Assembly: GCF_004010195.1 (NCBI RefSeq)
Contig: NC_057719.1
Location: 53,379,445-53,435,084 of the forward strand
Source of the DNA: Chiloscyllium plagiosum
Taxonomy: Eukaryota
Reading direction: 5' to 3'
DNA: 55,640 nt
A model generated the notes under the pieces. That model saw only the letters and a list, made by a program, of their open reading frames with translations. It was not told the origin of the DNA and ran no database searches. Made by a program: the position numbers and the translations under genes. This document shows, piece after piece, positions 1 through 12,834 of the stretch. The stretch's first letter is position 1. The number at the start of each line of letters is the position of its first letter.

Positions 1-1289
1 GACTGTGATGTATGAAAAACAACAATGCACTGTGTATTTGTGTAGCATATGAGGTGCCTATCTATAAAAAAAAACGTATTTAATCAATAACATTTTTAAA
101 AAAAACATTTGAAACAGTAAAAGTTTTTAAAATGAGAAAAGCCAATATGCCATTTTTTTCAACTAATAACTAGAAATTTGAATTTCCACTTAAAAGTCAT
201 CAGTCTGTATGGACAGAGTAGCACTTCATAAAACTAATGTTTGAAATCTAGGTTTTTATTTTAAAGAAAACTGTATGAAGAATTAACTATTTAGATAGCC
301 TTGCACTGAAAGTATCTTCTATTCTTAACTTTAATGCACAAAGCCCGACCAGATTCCCACAGTGGACTCCTCATAAGAAGGCTACTTCGTTGTATACCAT
401 GTATACACTACAAATACAGACACCATACCTGCACGAAAGAGAACAAAAGTGCATCTAAATAGCTTGTTTTGGCTGAGTACTGAGTACTCAGTACTGATTA
501 ATGCACATTTCATTTTGACAGGATGCTTATGTCTGTAACATACCTAAATGAGAAGGGCTAAGAGTGCACAGAAATGAATGATGCTGAAAACCTATATGAG
601 AGACTTAAATTTCAATATTGGTTAGGGAAGAATGGGTATCCATCTGATTTTTTTCAGACATATTGAGAGCAGAAGTTTATTTTGTCTTACTTTTGGACCT
701 GAACAGAATTTGCATTTCAGAAAACCAAAGCATTCAAGAGGGCATTGGTTGATAACTTAAATAACAACATGCAGATTGAAGGAAGAAGGAACGAGTTTGG
801 CATTAAGTCAAAATACTCAGGAATCCCCTGTGTATACACTGAGCCAATTGGCCTCCTTCTGTACTGTGACTGAGGTAATTCTGTGATTCAGGTTTACCAG
901 CTCATACTAAATTGACGTTAAGGTGTCTTTAGTATATTGATTATAACCAATGGATGTCAGTGACATCCAGAGGTAGCACAGTAGTCCCAAGAAGATAAAC
1001 AATGACTCACCGTGTCCCTGGCAGGGTCCTTCATGACTATGACTCACTGTGTCCCTCATGAGAGTACAGGGCTGATGTGAAAGGGCGAGAGAAGGTAGCT
1101 GAGGCTGAGTAGCAGCCCTATCTCCGATGGTCTATAGGTTTGTAAAATCATTACTGTGTAGATAGTACTCCACAATATTACTATGATTAAAAGCTTCACA
1201 AATAACTTCAAGTCAACAGAAAGTCCCACATATTTAAAATCTCATGTCTTATATATCCAAAGTGGATATATGTGAGAATCAAAGAACAA

Positions 1290-1990
1290 CAGAGGAACAT
1301 AGGAATTACAAGCAAGAGTAGGCAATTCAGCCCTTCAAACCCACTCCGCCATTTACCTGTAACATGATCATGGCTGATCTTATCCTGATCTTAACTCCAC
1401 TTTCCTGCCTAATCCCCCGATAGCCCTGTATCCCACTTTTCATCAGAAACGTATCTAATTATTTCTTGAATCTATTGATTGATTCTGCCTTCACTGCATT
1501 CTGGTGAGTTCAATAAATTTACAAATCCCTGAGAGAGGTAGTTTCTTCTCATCTCTTGCTTGAGACTGTCCCATGAGAGGGAACATCTGTTCAATATTTA
1601 CCTTATCAATCCCCTTTAGCATTTTATAAGCTCAATTAGATCCCCCTCCATTCTTCTGAACTCCAGCGAGTACAATTCCAAGCTATTCAACCGTTTCTCA
1701 TACAATACACCTCGAATCCCTGGAATCAACCTGGTGAACCTCCTCTGAACTGCCTCCAGTGCCACATCTTTCCTCAAGTAAGGAAACCAAAACTGGACCC
1801 AATACTCCAGTGGTCTCACCCGTGCTTTATATAATTGTAACAACACTTGTTTACTTTTAGAATCCAGTCCTTTTGCAATAAATGCCAGGATTCCATTTGC
1901 CTTTCTTATTATATGCTGCACCTACTTACTCACATTCTGTGATTCATGCACAAAGACATTCAGATCCCTCTGCACTTTGAATCTGCTTCC
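1290..1990 (-). mobile_element. CR1 LINE 3' fragment (RT C-terminus + 3' tail)
   Basis: ORF 1616-1921 (LYKARVRPLEYWVQFW...LEAVQRRFTRLIPG...YSLEFRRMEGDLIE) is the typical CR1 ORF2 C-terminus; short-repeat tail near 1290. Confidence 0.9.
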
Positions 1991-2139
1991 CATTTAAATA
2001 ATAACTTAACAGGAGTTATTACATAACCTACATTAAATTCAGCATGCAAGATTTTCTTCTGTAATTCCTAAATATTCTTATTGGCTTTTCATTTTCTTCT
2101 TATTAGAACATTTTAACTTTGTTTTTATTATATTGTAGC

Positions 2140-3190
2140 TTACCCTAATTGCCTTTGTAGAAGGTGAAGAAGGACACTTTCTTGAATTGCTGAAATGCAT
2201 CTGGTCTTGATAAAGCCATAGTGTTGTTAGGAAGAAGTTCCAGAATTTTAACTCAACAATAATGAAGGAGCAGTGAAGGAACAATGAGAAAGTCCCAAGT
2301 GAGGACAGTGTGGTATTTCAAAGGGAACCCGCAGATGGTGTTCCTCTGCTTCTGCTGCCTTTGTCCTTCCAGGTGGTGGAAGCCATAGGTTTGAGATGTA
2401 GTGTCAAGGTAGGTGGTTTATTGCAGTTTATTTTCAAAATCATAAAGACTATTATCAGTGGTGGAGGAAGTGAATATTTCAGGTAGTAGATTAGTTGCCA
2501 ATCGAGCTGGCTGCTTCACTTCTTGAGTATTGCTGTAGCTGTACTCAATCAAGGAAAGTGGAGAATTTTATCATACTCCTGATTTGCATCGTATGGATAT
2601 TGGACTGATGTTAAAAACTCAGGTGGCGAGCTACCCAGATCAGAATTCAGTTTCCAATTCATTCTTGCATTTATATGACTGGTATAGCTTTGTTTTTGGT
2701 TAATGGTAACCTCCAGATGTTGATGATGGATATCGCATAGCTCAAAGCTTTGATCTGTGTGTTTGTTGTGGTCTTACTTAGCTCTACTGCATATTTCATC
2801 CATGGTTAAACTTGCATGTAGTTCTGTTTTGTTGCTTCTCCAAATTAACACCTCACTTTTAGATATGCGTGGTGGTGCTTCTTTGATGCACTCCTGCCTC
2901 ATTGTTCTATCTGGATTCATCTCCTGGCTTTATGGCAATAATAGGGTCAGAGATATGCTAAAAAAAAAGGCTACAGTTATGAATGAAAATAATTGCTGCT
3001 GGTGGTGGTAGTCCACAGTTTCCCATGAATGTCCATTCTGGGCTGCTAGTTCTGTACTGAATCTATTACATTTAGCATGGTGGTGGTGTCCCATAATATT
3101 ATGGAACATGACTTGAATGTGCAGATGGTATTTCCTTTCCATAAGGCCTGTGCAGTGGTCACTGTAATACTGTCATGGACAGACACATGA
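2140..3190 (-). mobile_element. Old degenerate CR1/L2-group LINE fragment
   Basis: Begins ccctaattgcctttg..gaaggtg, shared with the copy at ~26780; RT-like remnants (tccagatgttgatgatgg); heavily diverged. Confidence 0.6.
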
Positions 3191-4451
3191 GATACATTGA
3201 TTCATAAGATACTGAGGCTGAAGCTGAGTCATGTTATGGAAAGGGACTATTACAATGAAAACATTGATATTTTACCAGAATATTTGTTATCTGTTGCATA
3301 TTCTGTGGAACAATTAGTGGTATTGAACTTGAATAGTTAGCAGTTTGATGTTATTATTCATAGTCTAATTTAGAGTTCCTATGTGATAAAGTAGTCATTT
3401 GTAGACTGTTATCTGTCAGGCAAATGGAAGGGAGAAAAATTTCAGCTATTGTACATCTCATCTCTGCTGTCCACAATATGCTCATCAATTACATAGGAAT
3501 ACAATGGCTATGCCAGCATCATGATCAATCTGGATGCATGCCCAGATCATTACCTTGAAATATGTGATCAGTTAATCCCCTGTTATTGTGAATTAAAGGA
3601 TTACTGCCAAGAATTTCATTACTGAAATTTAGAACTAATTGTTCTGTCCTAAGAAATGATGCTTTGCTCCTACATGGCAAACAGTAGACCAGCTGAACAG
3701 CTGTATTCAAATCCAATCTGGATTTCAAAGGAATATTAGAGCAATTCCTCAAATGAGTTAGCAGCTAATTTAAAATGCATGATGGTCGACTGAAGAAACT
3801 TCAGCTTCTGTATTCAGCACTTTAGCAGGATATGTCCTCATTAACAAACTATTAAATTAACATTTTAATCTCCCAATTTTTTAAAGAAAGATATATTTCA
3901 CAAAACTTGTGTGTAGAAATCGGTATGCATTGCATTGATTTTCAGTGTAAAATGGTGCATACTGCACTAATTTAACAATGAGACACCAATGGCTCAACTC
4001 AAAAGATCTCAGCTCTCTTTTGTAGGTGTACAGATGGAAGTTTAAAATGAATACTAGAACTTTATGCATATTAAATTTACCACCGTTGTCCTTCTTCACA
4101 ACACTTGTTTTAAGACTCCTTTCTAAACTTGGATTTATTTGAACACAGGGGATAGTGGTTTGGATTTTTTCAAGGTAATCGAAGTTATTGAATGGAGCTT
4201 AATAAGGCTGTAGAAGATCACCACCTAAAATGCATGTTGCTTAAAAAATAGCATCTTTGAGCCACAATAGGTCTGCTTAAATTGCTAGTACATCACTGTC
4301 CAAGTATCCATTCCTCACGGATATGCATTCATCCCATTACTAGCACCTATCTTCATCCTTGATTTGCTTCAGATTCATCAAACTCATACAGGATGGAGGT
4401 AGGCTTGCTGTGTTTGAACTTCATTTTTTCAGGCATGTTGTCTCAGAATTG

Positions 4452-4575
4452 AGCAGTGGGCTACATTTTCGGGGAGCTCCTGACTAACTTGCCACTGTTT
4501 CCGGGTGAGAATGACATTGAGCAGCTCTGCTGCATTCTCAGAGTCCTGGGGACGCCAAATGAGAGGATTTGGCCA
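4452..4575 (+). pseudogene. CDK20: Isolated CDK20(CCRK)-like kinase exon, disabled
   Basis: 4453-4575 reads [41 protein letters not shown] (kinase subdomain IX-X, CDK20 pattern PLFPG.NDIEQLC..LR.LGTP...WP), followed by donor GTAAGT at 4576; TGA at 4450-4452 where Trp is expected; no in-phase AG acceptor; no other CDK exon seen in window. Confidence 0.85.
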
Positions 4576-4733
4576 GTAAGTCACACTTCACAGTGCTCAG
4601 GCCGTATGTATTAGCTTCAGAGACATTGCACTGTATGTTTCCTGGACTCCGAGCAGAGCAGAAGAGATGAAACATAAAATGCCGGGAGTTTAGCAAGTTA
4701 ATCAGTAGGCGGTGCAATACGCACAAAGAGCTT

Positions 4734-4818
4734 AATGGCCTCCTGTTTCTGTGCAACAGACTGGAGGAAGAGGGGCTGAATGGCCTCCTGTTCCTGTGTG
4801 ATAGGCTGGAGGAGGGGG
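4734..4818 (+). repeat. Two-copy ~45 bp tandem repeat (aatggcctcctgtt..ctgtg..a.ag.ctggagga..gggg)
   Basis: Units start at 4734 and 4779; unit resembles CR1 3'-tail-derived minisatellite. Confidence 0.7.
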
Positions 4819-5559
4819 AAGATGATTCCACCACATTGTAACGGAGGCCCCTTGAGGCATCACAGGAACTTATGAGATCAATGAGCCCCTTGAGCCTGGA
4901 CCCCTGGTAGCTTGGTGATGCGTGTCTGAAATCTACCTACCTACCTCAGTTCTGTCGCCTTTAATCTCACTGGCCCAACAAAAGCCTCGGTTTTGAAATT
5001 TTTAATTGATACCCCACTGCCAATCCTGACGGCTTTTTCTCTGGGAGTGGTCTGGAGTTGAGGACAATAGGGTGAGCGAGCTCTAGATTTCCACTGCCCT
5101 TTGTAGAAAAGGTACTTCCTGGGATCAACTCTCATTGACAGAGTTCAAGTTTTAAGGTTCAGCATGCTCCTGAATTCTGGACAGCCCCAAACCAGAGGAA
5201 GTGGTTTCTCTCTATCAACCCTGTCAAATCCTTCATTATTAAACCCCTCAATGAGGATCAACCCCGAATATCTGATACCTGAGGTGAATACTGTCCACTC
5301 TGACCTGTCTTAGTGATTTCATAGCTGCTGGTGAGCTGATGTCCTGCACTTTGCCCATGGCTGCCTTGCTCTTTCTCCTCCTGCAGTAGTTGACTTGTGT
5401 AAGAGTGCACGAACCTCATGATTAGCTCACTGTGGGATGACGGTGCAGCAACAAGTCTGTAGCTGATGGGGGAGAATTGTGATTCATCTGTCTCGCCAGA
5501 GGGCTGGAGGAGGGTGAATATGGACAGAGATGGTAAAGATACTACTGAGTATACAACAG

Positions 5560-5735
5560 TCACAGAGTCATATAGCACGGTCCAATCAGTCCGTGCCAAA
5601 CATCAACCAGACTAAACTAGTCTCACCTGCCTGCTCCTGGCCCATATCCCTCCAAAGCTTTCCTATTCATGTACTTACCTAAATGGCTTTTAAATGTTGT
5701 AACTACCAGCATCTGCCACTCCCTCTGGCAGTTCA
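5560..5735 (-). mobile_element. CR1 3' end
   Basis: agagtcatatagcacgg...ctagtctcacctgcctgctcctggcccatatccctcc matches CR1 3' ends at ~36915, ~39925, ~44985. Confidence 0.8.
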
Positions 5736-5934
5736 TTGCTGATTGGTTTAGCTGGGGAGTTGCTGAAACAGTGCCGATTTTAGCACCTTCACACACTGCC
5801 ACACCTTCCCTTCTGCATTTGTATTCACTCAGATGAGGTCATCGGGCTCCATACACACCAGAAATGCGGCCTCTTCCAAGACTGGGAAACACGAAGTTCC
5901 ACCCTCCCAGGAGATCTCCCTTTTGATTCCCTTA

Positions 5935-6103
5935 TTTTTGCTATAAATTCTGTGTTACGATCGAGCCCTCCACAATCACCTGATGAAGGATCAGCGCTCC
6001 GAAAGCTAGTGTGCTTCCAATTAAACCTGTTGGACTATAACCTGGTGTGTTTGATTTTTAACTTTGTACACCCCAGTCCAACACCGGCACCTCCAAATCA
6101 TGA
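5935..6103 (+). mobile_element. Penelope-like element 3' terminus (family B)
   Basis: ctgatgaagga..agcgctccgaaagctagtg...aaacctgttggactataacctgg; homologous copies at 15878, 22948, 35132. Confidence 0.75.
5980..6008 (+). ncRNA. Minimal type-I hammerhead ribozyme motif (family B)
   Basis: cac-CTGATGA-A-GGAtC AGC GcTCC-GAAA-GCTA-gtg: both core boxes, stem II with one mismatch, palindromic AGCT in place of stem III, 3 bp stem I (cac/gtg). Confidence 0.7.
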
Positions 6104-6315
6104 CAAAATTCTGGAACAACATTCTGGCCAACATGTAATGAACACAACAAGCCAGGGCACATTTCTCAATTTGATTTAAGAAATGCAACAGAGTAGGTGG
6201 ATGATGTAATGGTGGATAGCTTTTTAGAGACCATAATCACTATGCAGTTACATTAAACATCATTATAGAAAGAGACAAAGATAATACAGAAGTAACAGTT
6301 CTAAATTGGTGAGAT

Positions 6316-6606
6316 TAGATTCCCACAGTGCAGAACCAGACCCTTTGGTCTAACAAGTCCATACCAACCCTCTGGAGAGTAACTCACCCACACCCATTTC
6401 CCTACTCCTGCACCTATCATTATGGGCAATTTAGCATGGCCAATTCACCTGACCTGCACATCTTTGGACTGTGGGAGGAAACCAGAGCACACAGACATGG
6501 GAAGAATGTGCAAACTCCATACAGACAGTTGCCTGAGGCTGGAATCAAACCCAGGTCCCTGGCACTGCGGGGCAGCAGTGCTAACCACTGAGCCACCATG
6601 CCACCC
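6316..6606 (-). mobile_element. HE1-type tRNA-derived SINE
   Basis: Minus strand begins gggtggcatggtggctcagtggttagcactgctg (A box), ggtttgattcc (B box); CR1-like tail. Confidence 0.9.
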
Positions 6607-6699
6607 CACAGCACGATGTAAGATTTGGTAGAAAACAAATTTGACAAAACTGAAAGATGATCAGGCAAAAATGGAATGATTACAGCTGCTTGAAAGAAA

Positions 6700-8510
6700 G
6701 TCAGTAGGAGATCAGTGGGAGGCATTCAAAAATAAGCTTCTATGAGTATAGTGGAGACACATCTCTGCAAACAAAAAAAAAGTAGTACTGCCAAATCTTG
6801 AATTGTCTGGTTATCCAGAAGCTTACAAGGTAAGGCAAAGCAGCAAAGTAGTGCTTATGAAAATATCAACAAGTGATACTTTAGGAAGCTGAAAAAGTAT
6901 ACAAATTATACGGGTGTAGTGTAAAAGGAAATTAGGAAAGAAAAGATAGGATATGAAATAAAAGGTTGGTAAACTTAAGGAAATCTGAAGATGTTTCATC
7001 AGTGCATTAGAGCTAGTGGTTGACTGAAAAAAGGGCCTATCAGAGATGTGTATAGTAACTTGTGCATGGATGGAGAAGATATAGACAGAGTTAATTAATA
7101 TTATGTTTCAGTCTTCACAAATGAGAGGGATGATGCAAACGTTTTAGTAGAAGAGGAGGAGTGTGAAATATTAAACAAATTAAGCACAATGACAAGGGAA
7201 GTACTGGAGGAACTGGCTTCCTCGAAGGTGAATAAATCAGCAAGGTTGGGGAATTATATCCTGGGATGCTAAAGGAAGCCAAGGAAGAACATTTTCCACT
7301 CCTCACTAGACACATGCAAAGTGACAGAGGAATGGAAGTTTGCAAATGTACTATTATTCAAAATGGGCTTGAGAGATAGGTCAAATATTCATAGGTTGGT
7401 AAATCTGAACATGGTGGTGGGCAAATTAATGCAATCAATATTGAGATAAGATTGACCATTAGGTGGAAAGTTATGGATAAGTCAGGGGTGTGCTGCATGC
7501 ATTTGTTAACAGTCTGTCCTTTCTTACAAATAATGTGAATTCGCTGAGGAAGTAACAAGGAGATTGTTAAGAGTAGTGCAGTAGATACTGATAATAGGAT
7601 TTAGTATGGAATTTGACAAGATCCTGAGTGGCAGGCTGATTAAGGAAAAGAAAGCTAAGGAATACCAGAGAATGTGGTGAGTTCCACCCACAATTGGATT
7701 AGTGACACAAGAAAAAGTAATGGTCAATGGATGATTTTGCAAATCGGAAGCAGCTTCCAGTGGTGATCCTCAGGACTCAGTGTTAGTTCTCTTACTGTTT
7801 GTACTATATATATATTTCTGATTTTGACTTAAATATGACAGACACCAATAGGAAGTTTATAGACAGCACACAAATAGTGGGCAGATATTTGATAGTGAAG
7901 AGGATGGTTGTTGACTGCAGGAGGATACCAATGGTTTGGTTGAATGGGTGATAAAGTGGCAAATAGAATTCAATCCAGGGAAGTGCCAGATTATGCATTT
8001 GGAGAGAAAATATGGGAATGTATAATAAATAAGCAGGTATTGAGGAGAATAGAGGAAGTGAAAGACTTGAGTGCACGTACACAGATTCATTGAAGGAAGC
8101 AGGACAGGAAGACATGCTGAGAACAAAGGCACATCAGTGCTTTCTTTCATTGGGCTAGGTACAGAATGCAACAGTAAGGATGTAATGCTGGGACCATATA
8201 AGAGACTAGTTAGACCAAAGCTGGAATTTTGTGTCCAGTTCTAGTGAACACATTAAAGGGAGGGCATAATCAATCTGAAGAAAGCATGGAGTAGATTTAC
8301 AAGAATGCGATAGGGTTTGAAAATTGTAGCTATAACAAAAGATTGGAAAGACAAGGGCTTATTTCCTTAGACCGAAGGTAAATTAATCAAAGTGTGTAAA
8401 ATGAGAAGTGGCTGGAATAGAGGTGTCAGGGAAGACCTTTTCCCCCTATGGAGAAGTCAGTTACCAGGGGACACAGATTTAAGGTGATAAATGGAAGGAT
8501 TAGAGGTGTC
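6700..8510 (+). mobile_element. Long degenerate CR1 ORF2
   Basis: Frameshifted RT remnants (ggaatttgacaag; cctcaggactcagtgtta; KWQIEFNPGKC; TRGHRFKV in ORF 8448). Confidence 0.8.
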
Positions 8511-8799
8511 AATAAGGAATTGTGTTCACTACAATCTGCAATCTCAGAATATTTTTCAAAACAAGGAGGAGAATATAGATTGAGTCACATATCTTTCTCA
8601 TCAGCCTGTTTCCCCCATCTGAATTCCAAACAATATCCAAACGTTTGGAACCCAGTCAGGTAGTAACCAGTTAATAGATGCAAGCCATATGACTTCCAAT
8701 GAGTGGTTTTGCAAAGGAGATGTACCACTGTCTTAGAATCACCTGTTCAAATTAAAGTTCAGGTATCCAAATGCACCACTGTTTACAATCCTCAAACAT

Positions 8800-9295
8800 G
8801 AATGTTTAAAAAGGAGTAAATATGAAGAGTCTTTTCATCCATGGACATGAATAGCTTCAACACCAGAGAGAGTAAGGATGGGACTGAACATTATGTAATG
8901 ATCAGTGAGCATCCCCACTTCTAATGTTATGATGTATACTTTATCCTGATGTAGCAACTAAGTGTGGTTAGGCCTAGGTCACTAGCTACTCTGAAGGACT
9001 CCTGTAATTAAATCCTCATATTAGAAGGGAGATCTCCAATAATACTACCATCTTTCTTTGTGATAGGTACGACTCCAACTAATAGAGTTTTCTCCAATTC
9101 CAAACGCTGGGCAGCTTCCTGCTGCCTGGACGTCAAGAGTAATCACTCTCACCTAGCCTCTGCATTCAGGTTTTTTGTTCATGTTTGGAGCAAGGCTGTA
9201 ATGAGGTCAGGATCTAAGTTGTCAGTGAGCAGGTCAGTGCTGAGCAAGGGCCATTTGACAGCATGGTTGAAAGAAACCTTCTATCATTTTGCTGA
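8800..9295 (-). mobile_element. Degenerate LINE fragment (CR1/L2 group)
   Basis: atccccacttctaatgttatgatg, ctcacctagcctctgcattcag..ttttgttcatgtttggagcaaggctgtaatgagg are antisense RT motifs (LDF.KAFD.VWH-like region). Confidence 0.55.
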
Positions 9296-10454
9296 CACAT
9301 TTAAACATTTACTCAAGGGAATACAGTGACTTGTTCTGTAAAGAAATGCTGTGTCTTCTACAAAACCTCTCTCAAAAAAAAAATTCTCAGAGACATTTGC
9401 TGTGCTGAGTGATTCTGGAAAGAACTTCCGTCTGAGGTCAGACTTGAAAATTTGGAGTTAGGAAATTATGTATATTTTTGTTTGATTTGGATTGGAAATT
9501 AGAATTCTAACCCAAATCAGAAGATTTAGGCTAACATATCTTAATGCGACTTGGTGTGACATTTTGTTTTATAACGCTATTGTAAAGTGTTTGAAATATT
9601 TCATTAAGTTAAAAGGTACTATTTAATTTTTTTTTGTTTCTTTATTACTATGTTGTCAAAGTATGCTGAACAAACATCAAAACCATAATAAACCTGAAAT
9701 GAAATAGATAACTACATTCTACAATGTGCAAAATGCTTTAGCAGAGAAGACCTTTGGATTGTTTAACGCATTTTTTGTGCAACAAAGAGACTCAAATAGA
9801 CAATTTTAGTTTTATTGGTGTTGACAGTAAATTATGTTTCACCAGTGTCATGAGGAATGAATCAGCTGCATTGTGAGGTATGTTTCATTTTGCAAAAGTA
9901 AATACTTTTTCTCATTTAACTGCCCACGATTGATGACATACTAGCACTATAAATAACTCTCCACCCTCCAGGATTGTTGTAAATTTTAATTCTATCAATA
10001 GCCCTTCTTCAGTGACTCACATTTGACCATTCTTTCCAACAAACACTTCTTATACTTATACTTGAAGCTCATCTCAAGCACTAGCCCAATATTTGTTGTC
10101 CATCTTTAGTAGCCCTAAGAAGGTGGAATGAGCCAACAGAATATCTTGCTTGGTAATTTCAGAGGACATTATAATCTTTAACCTGGAGTTTTGGTTCAAC
10201 TGGTTAAAGAATATCAAGATTTTGTTTCCAATAAGAGACATCAGTGAACTATATGGGTTTTTAACTCGAATCTAATGGCTGCATGGTCACTTTTATTTCC
10301 AGATATTTTAAACAGCATTCAAATTGGCATGATGGGAGGCTTTAAGGTTATTAATCTAATAACAAATTCACTCTCCCCGTTCCAATGTTAGTGTCACTCA
10401 AAGTTGTAGAACAGGTTTCTTCTGTTCAAACCCCATCATTTCCCACAAGAACAA

Positions 10455-11750
10455 CTTAAATCTCTTCATTTTGGTTTTTGCTATGTCACAATATAAAATA
10501 AGTATTTTAATGGTCAACTTCTCACCTGACTGAGATAACATTTCCAGCAATTTTTCTTTCAACTCCTGCACTATTAGCTCCAAATCATAAAAAGACATTC
10601 TCAATCATTAATCACAGGGGCACAACCCTTCCTATTCTCTACACATTGTAATTACTGACCACACTATTAAATACACTATCCATCTTTTTCTGAAATTCAT
10701 TCACAGGATGTGCTGTACAGGCTAGCATTTATTTGACCATTCTTAATTGCTCAGCAGGCAGATCAGTAAATCACATTGCTGGGGGTCTGGAGTCATATGT
10801 AGGCCAGACCAGACAAGGATGGCAGATTTCCTTGGACATTACTGGACATGTTTTAACGATAATGGTGACATGGGCACCAGTAGGCTAACTTTGACCCCTT
10901 TCAGATTTTTTGCTGAATTAAAATGTCATTATCTGTTATGGTGGGATTTGTACCCATGTGTCCAGAACATTAACCTGGGGTTCTGGGTTACTAAAACAAA
11001 ATTAAATAAGAACTGTAAAAGATAGAAATCTGAAATAAAAACAAAAAATTGTTGAAAATCTGTTTTCTGTCCACAAATGCTGCCAGACCTTGTTGAGTTC
11101 CTCCAGTGATTTTCGTTTTTGTTCTGGACTACGAATCCAGTGACATTACTACTATACCGCTCTCTCCCCTCGAGGAGTGCCTGCTCACCTAGAACTTCAT
11201 CTCAGAAGGGATTGCTCTTGATTGTTTCCATTCATATCCATTTAATCATAGCACTTCTGGGCAATGTTCTGTCTTCAGAATGTGCCATTTCCTGATAGAA
11301 TAGGTTTGAGGCCTTTATTCTCCTCCATCTGTATGATGACAAATAGTGACATATTGTGCAGGCTAGGGGTCAACTTTCACAAAGATGTCATACTCGCTCT
11401 CCACTATGTCTCTTGGTCCCAGCATTGCTTCTATGTTAGCAAATTACTTTTTTAACATTTCAACTTGTACTAGATGGAATTTATCTTCACCCACCACTAT
11501 CTGTGCATGAATTTCAGAAAAAAGTTGTATAGTGTAGTTAATAGTGTGATCAGTAGCTATAATGTGTCAAGGATGGGAAGGGTTGTGCCCCCATGATCAA
11601 TGATTGAGAATGTCTTTTATGATTTGGAGCTAATAGTGCAGGAGCTGAAAGAGAAATTTCTGGAAATGTTATCTCAGTCAGGTAAGAGGTTGGCCATTAA
11701 AATACTTATTTGATATTGTGACAATTCAAAAACTGAAATGAAGAAATTAA
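10455..11750. repeat. Inverted duplication, arms ~10455-10706 and ~11500-11750
   Basis: Reverse complement of 10561-10637 (gaataggaagggttgtgcccctgtgattaatgattgagaatgtc...) aligns with 11571 onward (ggatgggaagggttgtgcccccatgatcaatgattgagaatgtc...); similarity extends over ~250 bp. Confidence 0.9.
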
Positions 11751-12424
11751 TTCCATTTCCCTTTCAGGGTGAATGAGACTCTTCACCATCAATATCCTTT
11801 CTGGCCTCAAGCTATTCTTGCAGCTTCAAATTCATTCCTATGGTCACAAAGGGCATCAATTTCTGTAAGACATTGGAGCAGAAGTAAACTATTTGGCCCA
11901 TTGAATCCATTCTACCATTCAACAAGATCATGGCTTTGATAATCCTCATCTCTATTTTCCGGTTTTATTTCAGCCACTTCCAAGGATTATTTGCTGCTGA
12001 AACCCTCATCCATGTCATTATCACGATACATTTGCATGTTCCAATACTATCCTAGCAGTTTTCTATCCTTCGTCTTAACCAAAAAAAAACTATATCTATT
12101 CTATTCTGCATCTAATCCTGCCGTTTATCATGAATATTCTAATGACTTAAATTGGCCCTCAACTCTGTCACGTTTCTACCTTTAATGGTCTCAGATTTTT
12201 GTTGTTTTCTTTTGCTTGCTCCTTTCTTTTGCTGTAACCTCTCCACTTTGCTCACATAATCGCAACTTCTTGTGCTTCCTACCTATTACTTCACCTCACC
12301 ATTGATGGTCTTGCATTTAGCCACTTTGAGTCCCTTTTCTTAAATTCATGCACCATTTTACACACCATTGAAGAGCTTTTATAAAACTTACTTCTTTCTC
12401 CAAATCTTTTGTCAGCCGCTTTTA

Positions 12425-12750
12425 GGTGACACAGTGGCTCAGTGGTTAGCACTGCTGTACCAGGTGCCTGGGTTCGATTCCAGCCTTGAGCGACTGTCTG
12501 TGTGGAGTTTGCACATTCTCCTAGTGTCTGTGTGGGTTTGCTCTGGTTTCCTCCCACAGTTCAAAGATGTGCAGGTCAGGTGAATTGGTCATGCTAAATT
12601 GCCCATAGTATTATAGAGTCATAGAGATGTACAGCACGGAAAGGTACATTAGTCAGAGGGAAATGGGTCTGGGAGGTTTACTCTTCGGAGAGTTGGTGTG
12701 GAGTTGTTGGGCTGAAGAGCCTGTTTCCATACTGTAGGGAATCTAATCTG
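12425..12750 (+). mobile_element. HE1-type SINE
   Basis: tggctcagtggttagc A box, gggttcgattcc B box, gggaatctaatct tail. Confidence 0.9.
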
Positions 12751-12834
12751 GCCTGATATCTTTTGGCCAAGTGAAACATTTTATTTGAGTATCTCTTTGA
12801 GAAGAAGCACTGAAAACTTTTATTTAAGCATTAT

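Noticed and set aside
951..1056. tggatgtca-g-tgacatcca hairpin and atgactcac.gtgtccct duplication
   Set aside because: Too short to assign a function
5945..6112. aaattctg direct repeat as TSD
   Set aside because: Left copy is part of the element itself, as shown by the longer copy near 35270
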